Origin: Octopus vulgaris
Lineage: Eukaryota
Assembly: GCA_951406725.2 (NCBI GenBank)
Contig: OX597831.1
Location: forward strand, 69,564,001 to 69,628,000
Reading direction: 5' to 3'
Length of the DNA stretch: 64,000 nucleotides
In this document: positions 24,799-36,173 of the stretch, in pieces
Layout of the letters: every line of letters begins with the position of its first letter
Numbering within the stretch: position 1 is the first letter of the stretch
The notes under the pieces: generated by a model
Databases searched by the model: none
Told to the model about the DNA's origin: nothing
The model's input: only the letters and a program-made list of their open reading frames with translations
Translations under genes and position numbers: made by a program

Positions 24799-25046
24799 TT
24801 TTACATGCACCGGAACAGGAGCCAGTCAAGGGGCACTGGCCATAGCTACGATTTAGGTTTTACTTGACTCAACAGGTCTTCCCAAACATATCATATCACC
24901 CGATGCATCAAGGGTACTTTTAAATGGGCTGGAAATGCAACAATGGCACCAGCAATGGCTGCTATTTTACTTTAGTTGCCAGATTTTCTCAGTCACAGCA
25001 TATCTCTAAAGGTTTCGATCTCCCGTCATTGATTCTGTGAGGCCCA
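24799..25046 (-). mobile_element. RTE-like LINE 3' region fragment (left arm of inverted pair)
   Basis: Reverse complement matches 26006-26253 and 30700-30925. Confidence 0.85.
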
Positions 25047-25959
25047 CACAAATATACATTTTAAATGTAATCGAACTGCGATAATGAGCTCCCGAAATGG
25101 CCATAGGTGTGTTTGAATTGATATTGTGGAACTCTTTTAGCTAATTGACTCTAGCCTACCATGGTTTTAAGAATTGAACTTTTGGAAGCACTCTTGTGTG
25201 AGGGGAGTAAAAAAAAACTTTTTAAAAACATTTTTAGTCGATTAATATTTTATTTTATCTTAGTTTATTTAGGTTTTGTTTTTTAGTAGCACAACACGCT
25301 TTAGAATTTTTATGAATTTTTAGTCGTTTATATTTATCTTTTGATAGGCTTCTGTATATATTGTATTTTATTTGCATCTATATTTTCACCTTCTGTATTT
25401 TTATGCCAATGTATATTTTTATATATATTTTTATATGTTTAAGAACCGTGGTAATATTTATATATGATCAAATGTTGGAAGTATGGTGACTCGAATTTGA
25501 TGTTTGTTCTATGATTAATGTTTCTAGCATTCACCATGATAGATCGCTAGCCATTAAACCTTCTTTATTTCCTCTCCCTGTTTATTTCTGTGTTCCTTTC
25601 TGTCGAAGAGCACAGGCTCGAAATGTAAAAGACTTTCTCACTTCCCGAGCGTTAAACTAATACAACTATTTGTTGTTTACACAACCGTCTTCATCTTTTT
25701 TTTTTGTAAATTTTCACTATATATATGTATGTATGTATATATATATATATATAATCAAAATAAGCAACAAGAATAACTTCGGTAATTTGGTACGATCGTT
25801 TCACGCTACATCATTTTATTAAATATTGTTATTATTACAACAGTTTTAAAATGTTGAATAATCATCAGCCATTTATAGAGGTTTTCCATTAATACATAAT
25901 TGGTGCATCTAACTTAAGTACCATATTCATTTGAATCTAAATTTTGCTGAACTTATATA

Positions 25960-26001
<42 letters not shown>

Positions 26002-26004
26002 GTA

Positions 26005-26347
26005 TGAGCCTCACAGAGGCAATGACTGGAGACTGAGACCTTTGGAGATAAACTGTGATTGAGAAGACCCAGCAACTAAAGTGAAATTGTAGCCATGACT
26101 GATGCCAGTTTTGCATGTCCAGCCCATTTAAAAGTACCCTTGATGCATTGGGCGATATGATATGCTTGGGAAGACCTGTTGAGTCAAATAAAACCTAAAT
26201 CGTAGCTATGGCCAGTGCCCCTTGACTGGTTCTTGTTCCGGTGCATGTAAAATGCATCATCCGAACGTGATCGATGCCAGTACCCCCTGACTTTGGCTCC
26301 AATGCTGGTGGCATGTAAAAATCACCGCCTGAACGTGGTCAATGCCA
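26005..26347 (+). mobile_element. RTE-like LINE 3' region fragment (right arm of inverted pair)
   Basis: gcctcacagaggcaatgac...gagacctttggagata matches 30705-30760 and continues into the ggtggcatgtaaaaa repeat. Confidence 0.85.
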
Positions 26348-26979
26348 ATAGATATCTTTTGAAACAGATTTTGTTGTATTGTTAATGTGAAACCACCTGG
26401 AGAACTTATTTTCAATTTTTTAGAAGCAGCAGCTAAATACTTCTCTAATCTCAACACACCCCTATTTTAAACGTATGAGCTAACCTTTCAAACCATTCTT
26501 TATATATAAATATGTTTGTGTGGAAATAGAGAAACAACTTTTGCATTTGATTTCATTTAGTGTTTTCAGCCCACTAATTTATGGTCTTCTGTCAGTGTTA
26601 AAAAGCACCATTGTTATCTCTATTCAGTGAAGACAGGCTTTGGATCTACTTGTGCTGTATTCCAGACATTAATTCCTATTAGGTATCCTTGTATCCTTCT
26701 GACTTTCTATCAAGCACAGTTGGGTTTCTTATTGTTTCTTATTTAGGATGCATTATAAAAATATTATTTATCCAACTGCAGTGTTTGACAGATACTATAT
26801 TTTGTGGCAACTGAAAGGATAGAATGAAAAGCTGATGTCAGCAAGATTTTGACTTAGAACTTAAAGAGCCACAACTAAACAGCCTCAGGAATTTTATCTA
26901 TTCATTAATGATTCTGCTAATCCACCATAAGCTAAGGAGAAAATTTGATTCTTTGCTTGTCAGACTGTGAAAATATTAG

Positions 26980-27195
26980 TTTCAAATTTTGGTACAAGGC
27001 CAGCAATTTCAGGGTAGGGATAAGTCAATTACACTAACCTCAGTGTTCAACTGGTACTTATTTTATCGACTTAAAAAGAATGAAAGATTAAGTTGACCCT
27101 GGCAGCATTTGAATGCAGACCATTGAGTCAAAAGAAATGATTCTAAGCATTTTTTCTGGTGTAGTAATTAATGATTCTGTCATCTCACCACCTTA
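26980..27195 (-). mobile_element. Degenerate SINE family B-related copy
   Basis: 'cagtgttcaactggtacttattttatcgac...aagaatgaaag...gttgaccctggcagcatttgaa'. Confidence 0.65.
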
Positions 27196-27619
27196 AAGAT
27201 TGTGAAAATATTGTTGAGACAGACCATCCAACTTGAGCGACGATAGACACCTCATAATTTATATCTATCAACTGGCAAATAATTATCTATATACCTAGCG
27301 AAATACTCAGCCATTTGCAGTATAATATATTTGCATCTGTCTTGCATGTGAATACTCTCGGGGTTTTCTTGTTTCTTCTAAGTGGAATATTTTCCAACAT
27401 AGAAACAAACCTCCTTCATTGGTTTCAAAGAACGTTAATTAGTCAGTCACATATGCTGTCTGCATATACATATTCAGGCATGGAAGTATATGTGCATGCT
27501 AGTCATTGGATATGTGTTCTTACACAATGTATGTACATCTATTCTTTCTGTGTGACTCAGTACCAACTGATCTGTGGCCTGGAACCCCTACTACAGACAA
27601 CTAAAAATCTGCTATTACT

Positions 27620-27801
27620 ATTTTACTATTTTACTTGTTTCAGTCATTTGACTGCGGCCATGCTGGAGCACCGCCTTTAGTCGAGCAAATCGACCCGGGA
27701 CTTATTCTTTGTAAGCCCAGTACTTATCCTATTGGTCTCTTTTGCCAAACCGCTAAGTGACGGGGACGTAAACACACCAGCATCGTGGTCAAGCAATGCT
27801 A
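27620..27801 (-). mobile_element. SINE family A, 3' half only
   Basis: ttttacttgtttcagtcatttgactgcggccatgctggagcaccgcc...caagcaatgct. Confidence 0.9.
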
Positions 27802-28381
27802 TTGTGCACATTTTTCATTATCTGTTCTAAAGAATTAGATTTGGTTTGTTGTGTTCATATTCATTAAAGTTTTGAAAGCAACCTTTCCATCATCCTCTGT
27901 TCTTCTTGGATTTTTATGGACTAGTCAGAGGAGGAAAGGCAAACCTGAAACTAAAAGCAGAACCTCCAAGAATAGGGGGAATGGAGGGGAGATGTTATCC
28001 TCAGACTGGAGATTTAGCCCAAAACTTACCTCAAAATGAACTCTGTTTAAATTACCCTAGAGACCAGGTGGAGGTGCTAAACTGAGTGACAAATGAAATC
28101 AAGTACTCAAGAACAGGAATGTGGTACCTCCACATAGTTTCTGTTTACTAAATTTCATTCACAAGATTTTGGCCAAGAAAGACCAAGATGGAAGCAAATT
28201 TATTACCAACACAACCATGGCTACATTTATATGGTGAGTGAGTATTTATTACACACTCCTGGCATCTTATACACTTAGGTTGATTTTCTGTATTTTATGG
28301 TGTTTTAACCACTCGAACATGATGGGATTTTGATAAATACAGTGTATATAAGTAAGAAAAAGCTTGTGTATATATTCTTGA

Positions 28382-28753
28382 AGCACTCCATCAGTTACGA
28401 CGATGAGGGTTCCGGTTGATCCAATCAACGGAACAGCCTGCTTGTGAAATTAACGTGTAAGTGGCTGAGCACTCCACAGACACGTGTACCCTTAACATAG
28501 TTCTCGGGGATATTCAGCGTGACACAGAGAGTGACAAGGCCGGCGGCCCCTTGAAATACAGGTACAACAGAAACAGGAAGTAAGAGTGAGAGAAAGTTGT
28601 GGTGAAAGAGTACAGCAGGGATCACCACCATCCCCTGCTGAAGCCTCGTGGAGCTTTAGGTGTTTTCGCTCAATAAACACTCACAACGCCCGGTCTGGGA
28701 AGCGAAACCGTGATCCTACGACCGCGAGTCCGCTGCCCTAACCACTGGGCCAT
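28382..28753 (-). mobile_element. tRNA-headed SINE, family C, tail type 1
   Basis: Reverse complement begins atggcccagtggttagggcagcggactcgcggtcgtaggatcacggtttcgcttcccagaccggg (A and B boxes); head shared with 57734-57900. Confidence 0.88.
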
Positions 28754-29554
28754 ACTGTGTATATATTAGTGAGTAGATGGACTTCATTGTCCTCCTCACT
28801 GTCATTGTTATCAACTTCCTCCTCCTCCTCGTTATCATCTCCATCATCATACATGCATACACACACACACACATTACTGTACATTATGTCAGTTTATTTA
28901 GTAGTTGGGAAATAGAACCAAATCATCTGGCAATATTTTCCAGCATTCTGTCCAACTGTAGATATATCTTTTTCCTCTTCTTCATGATATGATACAGAGT
29001 TAAGTCTACTGAAGCCTAGGAGACTTCTATATCTTTACATTATTCTATCAGTGATAGATGAATAAGTCAGATGAGAACTAAATACCTTGTCCGTGGGCAT
29101 CTTGCAATGTCAGTGACTATTTACAAACCACTAAACATTTGACAGGATTTACAGCAATCTATCAATTCAGAAACACCAGTTCTTAAGCTACTTTATTCTA
29201 TCTGATAAATAGTCAATGTACTGCAAAATCAGTTTGTTTTTTTTTTACCAATTTTCTCACTGCATTGCTTGAAATATCAAAATGGCTTTAATTCTTTATA
29301 ATTATTGCTGAACATATCAAAATGTCTTTGAGGCGTTTTCAGAAGAATTTATTCATAGTCAATTTTGTTGAAGTGATGGTAAAGTTTGCTTGAATAGACA
29401 TATGAACATACACCCATGTTCATATTAAATACACAGACTGCATTATAGATCATTGTAATATGGTGACGACATATTTGAAAATGAAAAATTCTTTACTTGT
29501 GACTATGTAAATAGAGTGTTAGTACATATGTACTCACCAAAGGGTTATTTGCAG

Positions 29555-30930
29555 CAGACTTAGCTTTTGTGGACTTGGAGAAAGCCCTTGACAGGGTCCC
29601 CCAATCCACTATCTGGTGGGCAATGCAGAAACTGGAGATTGACGAATAGTTAATAAGGGCTTTACAGGCCCTATACAGAGAGGCCATTAGTAAGGTTAGG
29701 ATTGGCAATGAGTATAGTGAAGAATTCCGGGTAGAAGTAGGCGTCCACCAAGGTTCAGCCCTCAGTCCCCTTTTATTCATCACAGTCATCCAGGCAATAA
29801 CAGAGGAATTCAAGACAGGTTGCCCCTAGGAGCTCCTCTATGCTGATGACCTGGCCCTCATAGTAGAATCACTAATGGAACTAGAAAAGAAATTTCAGGT
29901 GTGGAAGCTAGGTTTAGAATCAAAAGGCCTTAGAGTCAATGTAGCAAAGACCAAAGTTCTAGTAAGTAGGACGGCGAACTCATCACACACACTCTCAGGT
30001 AGGTGGCCCTGCTCAATCTGTAGAAAATGTGTAGGTAGAAACTCCATAAGATGTACCCAGTGTAAACTATGGATGCATAAGAGGTGCAGCAACATCAAAG
30101 GGAAATTAACCGAGAAGATAGCTTTCATGTGTGGCAGATGCACAGGGGCAATAGACACCACAGATACTCAGAAAACAGATTCCATCACACTCCAAGGGAA
30201 GAAACTAGAAGTAATTGATAGCTTCTGCTACCTAGGTGACCAAGTTAGTTGTCAGGGGTGGATGCTCAGAGAGTGTTACCACTAGAATAAGAATAGCCTA
30301 GGCAAAGTTTAGAAAGCTTCTACCCCTACTGGTGACAAAGGGTCTCTCACTCAAAGTGAAACATAGATTGTATGACGCATGTGTGCGAACTGCCATGTTT
30401 TGGGCTGTGACTGTAGAGGACATGCATAGGCTCGAAAGAAATGAAGCTAGCATGATCCGCTGGATGTGTAATGTCAGTGTGCACACATGACAGAGTGTAA
30501 GTGCCCTGAGAGAAATGTTGGATATAAGAAGCATTGGATGTGGCATGCAAGAGAGACGTCTGTGTTGGTATGGTCATGTACTATGGATGGATGAGGAGAG
30601 ATGTGTGAAGAAGTGCCACTCCCAAACAGTTGAAGGTATCTGGGGTAGAGGTAGACCCAGGAAGACATGGAATGAAATGGTCAAGCATGATCTTTGAATG
30701 TTGGGCCTCACAGAAGCAATGACAAAAGACCAAGACCTCTGGAGATATGCTGTGACTGCGAAGATCCGACAAATAAAGTGAGTTCATGTCTGTATCCTAC
30801 ACCAGCTTCACACAATCAGTCCCAGCCCATTCAAAGTACCTTGGATCACAGGACGGCCTGCTGTGCTTACCTTGGATCATGGGGCAACTTGCTGTGCTTG
30901 AGGAGACCTATTGAGTCAAGTACATCAACA
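29555..30930 (+). mobile_element. RTE-like LINE 3' half (RT to 3' UTR), decayed
   Basis: AFVDLEKALDRVP, GVHQGSALSPLLF, LLYADDL, FCYLG, RL.WYGHVLWM and RGRPRKTW motifs; premature stops. Confidence 0.93.
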
Positions 30931-32479
30931 CCAAAATGATGATGATGATGTTGTTGAAGGAGTTTAATAAAAATTGGTGCAAGTTCTATCACAAAGATGC
31001 ACTGGTGTCATAGGAAATTCATTCTAAGTGAAGTTGATTCAGTTCACCAAATTGTAAATTGATACTAAGTGTACATACATTTACACCACTTACTATGTAG
31101 AGAACCTTCAATAATTAGCAAGTTAATTTACAATGTCATGAGTGCCTTAAGAGCTATTGAAGAACTACTAAATAATTTTGCTGTTCTTTATTTCACTAAC
31201 TGAATCTAGACTTCCTTCATTATCTTGGTGCACTTGAAACTATTTAGGAATAAATTGCTCACTTGGGAATAATTATTTTCTACCATCTATATACATGCTT
31301 CACTAGTTCAGAATAGTATCAATTAAACATCACTGGTCTTCTTGATTAAAATTATGGATTGTAAATCCATTTGTGCAATGAAACACGAGGGATTTCACAT
31401 TCTCAGTTTACACTTTGACCTTAGCTTCCATACTTACAAAATTGGTATATTACTTAACAAGACCTTTACACCTTCTCTTTGTCATCAAATGATTTGTGGT
31501 ATCAACTAAACTGTTGTCTCTCTTTACCAATTCATTTTACTTAGTGCTAAGGATATATTCATTCTTAATTCCATCTATGAAGATTGCTGTATCACAGTAA
31601 ATTCACTATTAGTTTACTTAGCTATGGTGGGAATAGAATGAGTGAAAAAATGGACTATGATATAAATGCTTCCATCATGATGCACATCAATATGTGAAAT
31701 TGATCTCAAGTGAGCAAGTTAATGGAACTAATAATAAAACGATTTGTCAGATAACAGCATCAACAATGCAGTATAAATGCCTACAACATGAAACAACATG
31801 CTGTCACACATCTGTCGCATTAAAAATTGTCTGTGATTTGTATTTCATGCAAGGTTGGAAACCAATAGCATGTATTGTGAAGAAACCCTAAATAATTATA
31901 TCTAAATATCAAAACAATTTTTTTTACTTACGTTGTAAACTAGAATTTAAAAGATACATTTTTCTAGATCTACCATGAGCAGATTTGAGGATAATACTAT
32001 TCCAAGCAGAAGCTTATCACTGAGATTCCTCTTCTGCTTTAACCATAGGTACTTGTAAGTTCAATTTTGGTTCTTTTCTATATTCAAAGTCAGCATTCTC
32101 CACTGTTGTTGGTAATCATGAGTGACAAACTAAATGAGAAAGGATTTTCCTCATTTTGCAAACAAGATTCCCAAGAATTTTCCCTCATCAGATAACCCAA
32201 ACCAATTTTAAAAAGTTCAGTAAACTGCACGAATTTTTAAAGAAGATTTTCTTCTATGTATGCTTTGATAATATTTAATTACTTGATACTGATGATACTG
32301 ATGAGTTTATGATAAACTTTATGAAGTTTGATAGGGCAATCAGGAAACAGTCATTAATAGAAAAAAATGTTCAGTTTTTTAAGCATATGAGAATGTGTTC
32401 AAAATTCAACAAGTAAATCCAGAGTGCTGAAACCATTGAAATCACTATAATCATGATATTGCATCAAGTTAGTTGTTGA

Positions 32480-32860
32480 AAGCTTGCTTACCAACCACAT
32501 GGTTTCGGGTTCAATCCCACTGCGTGGCATCTTGGGCAAGTGTCTTCTACTATAGCCTCGGGCCGACCAAAGCCTTGTGAGTGGATTTGGTAGATGGAAA
32601 CTGAAAGAAGCCCCTCGTATATATGTATATATATATATATATGCGTGTGTGTGTTTGTGTGTCTGTGTTTGTCCCCCTAGCATTGCTTGACAACCGATGC
32701 TGGTGTGTTTATGTCCCCATCACTCAGCGGCAAAAGAGACCGATAGAATAAGTACTGGGCTTACAAAAGAATAAGTCTGGGGTCGATTTGCTCGACTAAA
32801 GGCGGTGCTCCAGCATGGCCGCAGTCAAATGACTGAAACAAGTAAAAGAGTAAAGAGAGA
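32480..32860 (+). mobile_element. SINE family A, slightly 5'-truncated
   Basis: agcttgcttaccaaccacatgg...gaaacaagtaaaagagtaaagag. Confidence 0.92.
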
Positions 32861-34653
32861 GTATACTCCAATTCTAATCCTTATGCCCAGAGTCTGGAAA
32901 ACATGCCCTATAGTTTTAAAACATTCTTAAAAGGATTAATTGAATGCAGAAACTGTTTTTGAGTCTTGGCCACAAGATTGTAAAGAAACTCTGCTTGTTT
33001 CAAAAGGTAATTTTTTATCAATATAACCATTATTTCTGTTTCCAAATTCACCATTGTTGAAAGTAGTCCACACATTTGTAGTCAACGCTTTCTCTTTTGA
33101 TCAGTGTCATTTGAAACATCATCCAAAATTTATTGTAGCACAGTTGTGTAAAAGGCCCTTGTTGCTTCTGCAAAAGTGACCAACTAACATCTGGCATTCT
33201 TTCACAACTGGTAAACGAGTACCACTATAAGGTAATGCAACAGTAGTCCTACCAATAGGTAGAAGCAGAAAAAAAGCTGTACAGATTTGTACAAATTCAA
33301 AGAAAATTAAGGCTTTTCTGATAAAATTTTTGCAGCACATTTTCCAACCAAATTTAGACAAGATGCAAAAAGTGGAATGTAATCTGCAAACTCATTCAGT
33401 TCAAGCTTATAAACTGTCATTCATGCTACTGGTATTGTTGTAACTTTGCCCGTGGCAGTCTTTTATCGTATTGAAATGTTACCTTTAAAAAGTTAACTAA
33501 ATATTGAGCAAGCAATTCAGAACCATGGATATATTCTAAGACTTCACAAATCATTCAGTTTGCCAAAATTACAAGAACACAGTACACAGTTGAAGTGATC
33601 TGGTCCACATTAAATGTAGTCAGAGTAGAATCCTTAGAGAGAAAATAATTCTGGTATTTCTTCATTTCATAAATCCAATATGCTGAGTACAATTGAATTG
33701 ATAAATTCCTTACAAACTGATATAGATAAGTAGGAATTATAGCTCCAATATTTGTTTGCATGAGTATTTTAAATATTTTGTCAGAAGAGGGTCAAACTTG
33801 GTTGGTAATTCTCCTCCTTAAATTAATATTGTCTTTAATGGGAAAGTCAACAATTTAACACTTGATTTTCTCCACCAAAATGAAATTAAAGATTCTTTTA
33901 TGTGAAATATTTTCTTAATGTCTACTCAATAGATTGCTTACATCTTTCTGGTAATTCAATTCTTGGAATCATAAACTTGCAAGGAAAGCGGAATGGGCCT
34001 CATTTGCTTTCTGAGAAATTTTACAATTGCTTAACATTTAAATTATTTTTGGAAACATCGACTTGTCAGATGTATATTCAAATGGACGGTTGAAATATTA
34101 TTATCACTAGAACACTAACAATGTACATACTTGAAGGATTAATGTATTCAGCTCAGCCAGCTTAGAGTGGGAAGGGAGAGAAATCAAAATGAATACAAGG
34201 GTCTTATTATTTATCCTTTAACTTAAAGCTATTTACCTTATAGCTGACATGGTTGAGTGATTTAGAAGTGCAGACCTGGAGGATGAAGGCACAGACATGA
34301 TAAATTAAGGTAGTGTTCTCTTCTTAACCATGCATTCCACCCTTATGAAAACCTAAGGGATATACCTCTCAGAGATATAGAAATGTAGGATATGCGTGAA
34401 CAGCAATCTGAGGTGGAATGACCTTCGTTAATAAAAATCTAATAACTGCCAGCACTTTTGTTATAAAAAAAACAATCTCCAGTTTCTGCTTTCAAATTCA
34501 TGCTAACAACTTTTAAAGCAAATGTTTGAAGACAAAAATTAGCCAGCAAGTGAATTTGAATAGATGAGCACTTTCTTCAGGAATTCTGATTTTGTTTCAA
34601 ACTGGACCTAAAAACAGATGCAAATACAACCATTACATGAGTTCACTAATATA

Positions 34654-34888
34654 TATTTCTTTACTGCCCACAAGGGGCTAAACACAGAGGGGACAAACAA
34701 GGACAGACAATGGGATTAAGTCGATTACATCGACCCCAGTGCGAAAGTGGTACTTTTTTTATCGACCCCGAAAGGATGAAAGGCAAAGTTGACCTCAGCG
34801 GAATTTGAACTCAGAACGTAACGGCAGACGAAATACCGCTAAGCATTTTGCCCGGTGCACTAACGTTTCTGCCAGCTCGCCGCCTTTT
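34654..34888 (-). mobile_element. SINE family B, full length
   Basis: Matches 17853-18077 and 44298-44523. Confidence 0.92.
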
Positions 34889-34889
34889 G

Positions 34890-34926
34890 TAAAAGTATGA
34901 TGCTCTACCGACTGAGCTATGTGGGC
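34890..34926 (-). pseudogene. 5' half of tRNA-Lys(UUU), retrocopied and fused to the SINE
   Basis: Reverse complement GCCCACATAGCTCAGTCGGTAGAGCATCATACTTTTA versus the metazoan tRNA-Lys(UUU) 5' end as recalled, GCCCGGATAGCTCAGTCGGTAGAGCATCAGACTTTTA: 3 mismatches in 37 nt; stops in the anticodon loop. Confidence 0.88.
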
Positions 34927-35725
34927 CGCTACTGAGTTCACTAATATATAGCAGTGTTACTTAAGCAATTAAGCTGTACAGTTAAATATTCTCTCCTGAT
35001 TCATAACCCTCATATAATATAAATTTGTTTTTGTGCTTTAATGTTGAAAATCTAACTACATTAATTGAAAATTGTTATTTATGCAATATTTTTTTCACAA
35101 CATCATACGACTAAAGTAGAAACCGTTCAAAATAAAACGTTTTTTTGCCTATTTAAAAGTCCTGATTTGATTTTATGGCTATAATTAGCATTATGGTGTC
35201 TGTAATATTAGTTATAATCTAATCTTAATATCCTGATCTTAATTATGAGAAAAATAATTATCAAACTCAATTATTGTGTGATGAGTTTAATGTATTGAAA
35301 CAAAGAAATAGAATGGCAAGTCTGTTAATTAGCATCCAACAAGCCTATTAATTAGCAACCAACAAAAATTAAATAAGCCCAATGAATGTTTTCATTCCAG
35401 TTGCAATGATTATTGTAATTATTTAACTGAAAGTGTGATAGATCTGAGAATTATTCCAAGTATTGGATCAACCTTAAATACCTATTCATCCATAGAGCAT
35501 GTGCAAAATCACTGAATCAGAAATACTGTTTTACAAGCATATGGCCCTTGAAAATACAAAGTGAACAACAAATGTTATTCTTTCTCCCAGGTTAGTCTGG
35601 CCCTGAATGCAAGGTCATCAGAAAAGTTGATACTTCTACGAAATTTAAGTTCTTTTTAAAATTTTTTTTTCTTTTGTCAGATAATTAAAATATAGGTTTA
35701 AAGTGTTTTCCGATATATATATGTG

Positions 35726-36173
35726 ATACCAGTCCCGGTGGTACGTAAGAGAACCATGTGAATGTGGCCATTGCGAGCGCCGCCCTGACTGGCCTCGTGC
35801 CGGAGGCATGTAAAAAGCACCATCCAATCGTGGCCGTTGCCAGCCTCGCCTGGCCCCCTTGCTGGTGGCACGTAAAAAGCACCATTCGATCGTGGACATT
35901 TGCCAGCCTCTCCTGGCCCCCGTGCTGGTGGCACATAAAAAGCACCATCCAATCGTGGCCAATTGCTAGCCTCGTCTGGCACCTGTGCCGGTGGCACGTA
36001 AAAAGCCCCCACTACACTCACGGAGTGGTTGGCGTTAGAAAGGGCATCCAGCCATAGAAACATTGCCAGATCAGACTGGGCCTGGTGCAGCCTCCTGGTT
36101 TCCCAGACCCCAGTTGAACCGTCCAACCCATACTAGCATGGAAAGCGAACGCTAAACGATGATGATGATGATG
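35726..36173 (+). mobile_element. RTE-type 3' end with 4-5 internal ~60-bp repeats and (GAT)n tail
   Basis: Repeated ggtggcacgtaaaaagcacc core; ends gctaaacgatgatgatgatg. Confidence 0.88.

Noticed and set aside
35750-36010. CRISPR-like array of conserved ~20-bp cores with linkers (also 23550-23730 and 41660-41810)
   Set aside because: The linkers are homologous to each other, the context is eukaryotic, no cas genes are present, and the units lie in an RTE 3' end
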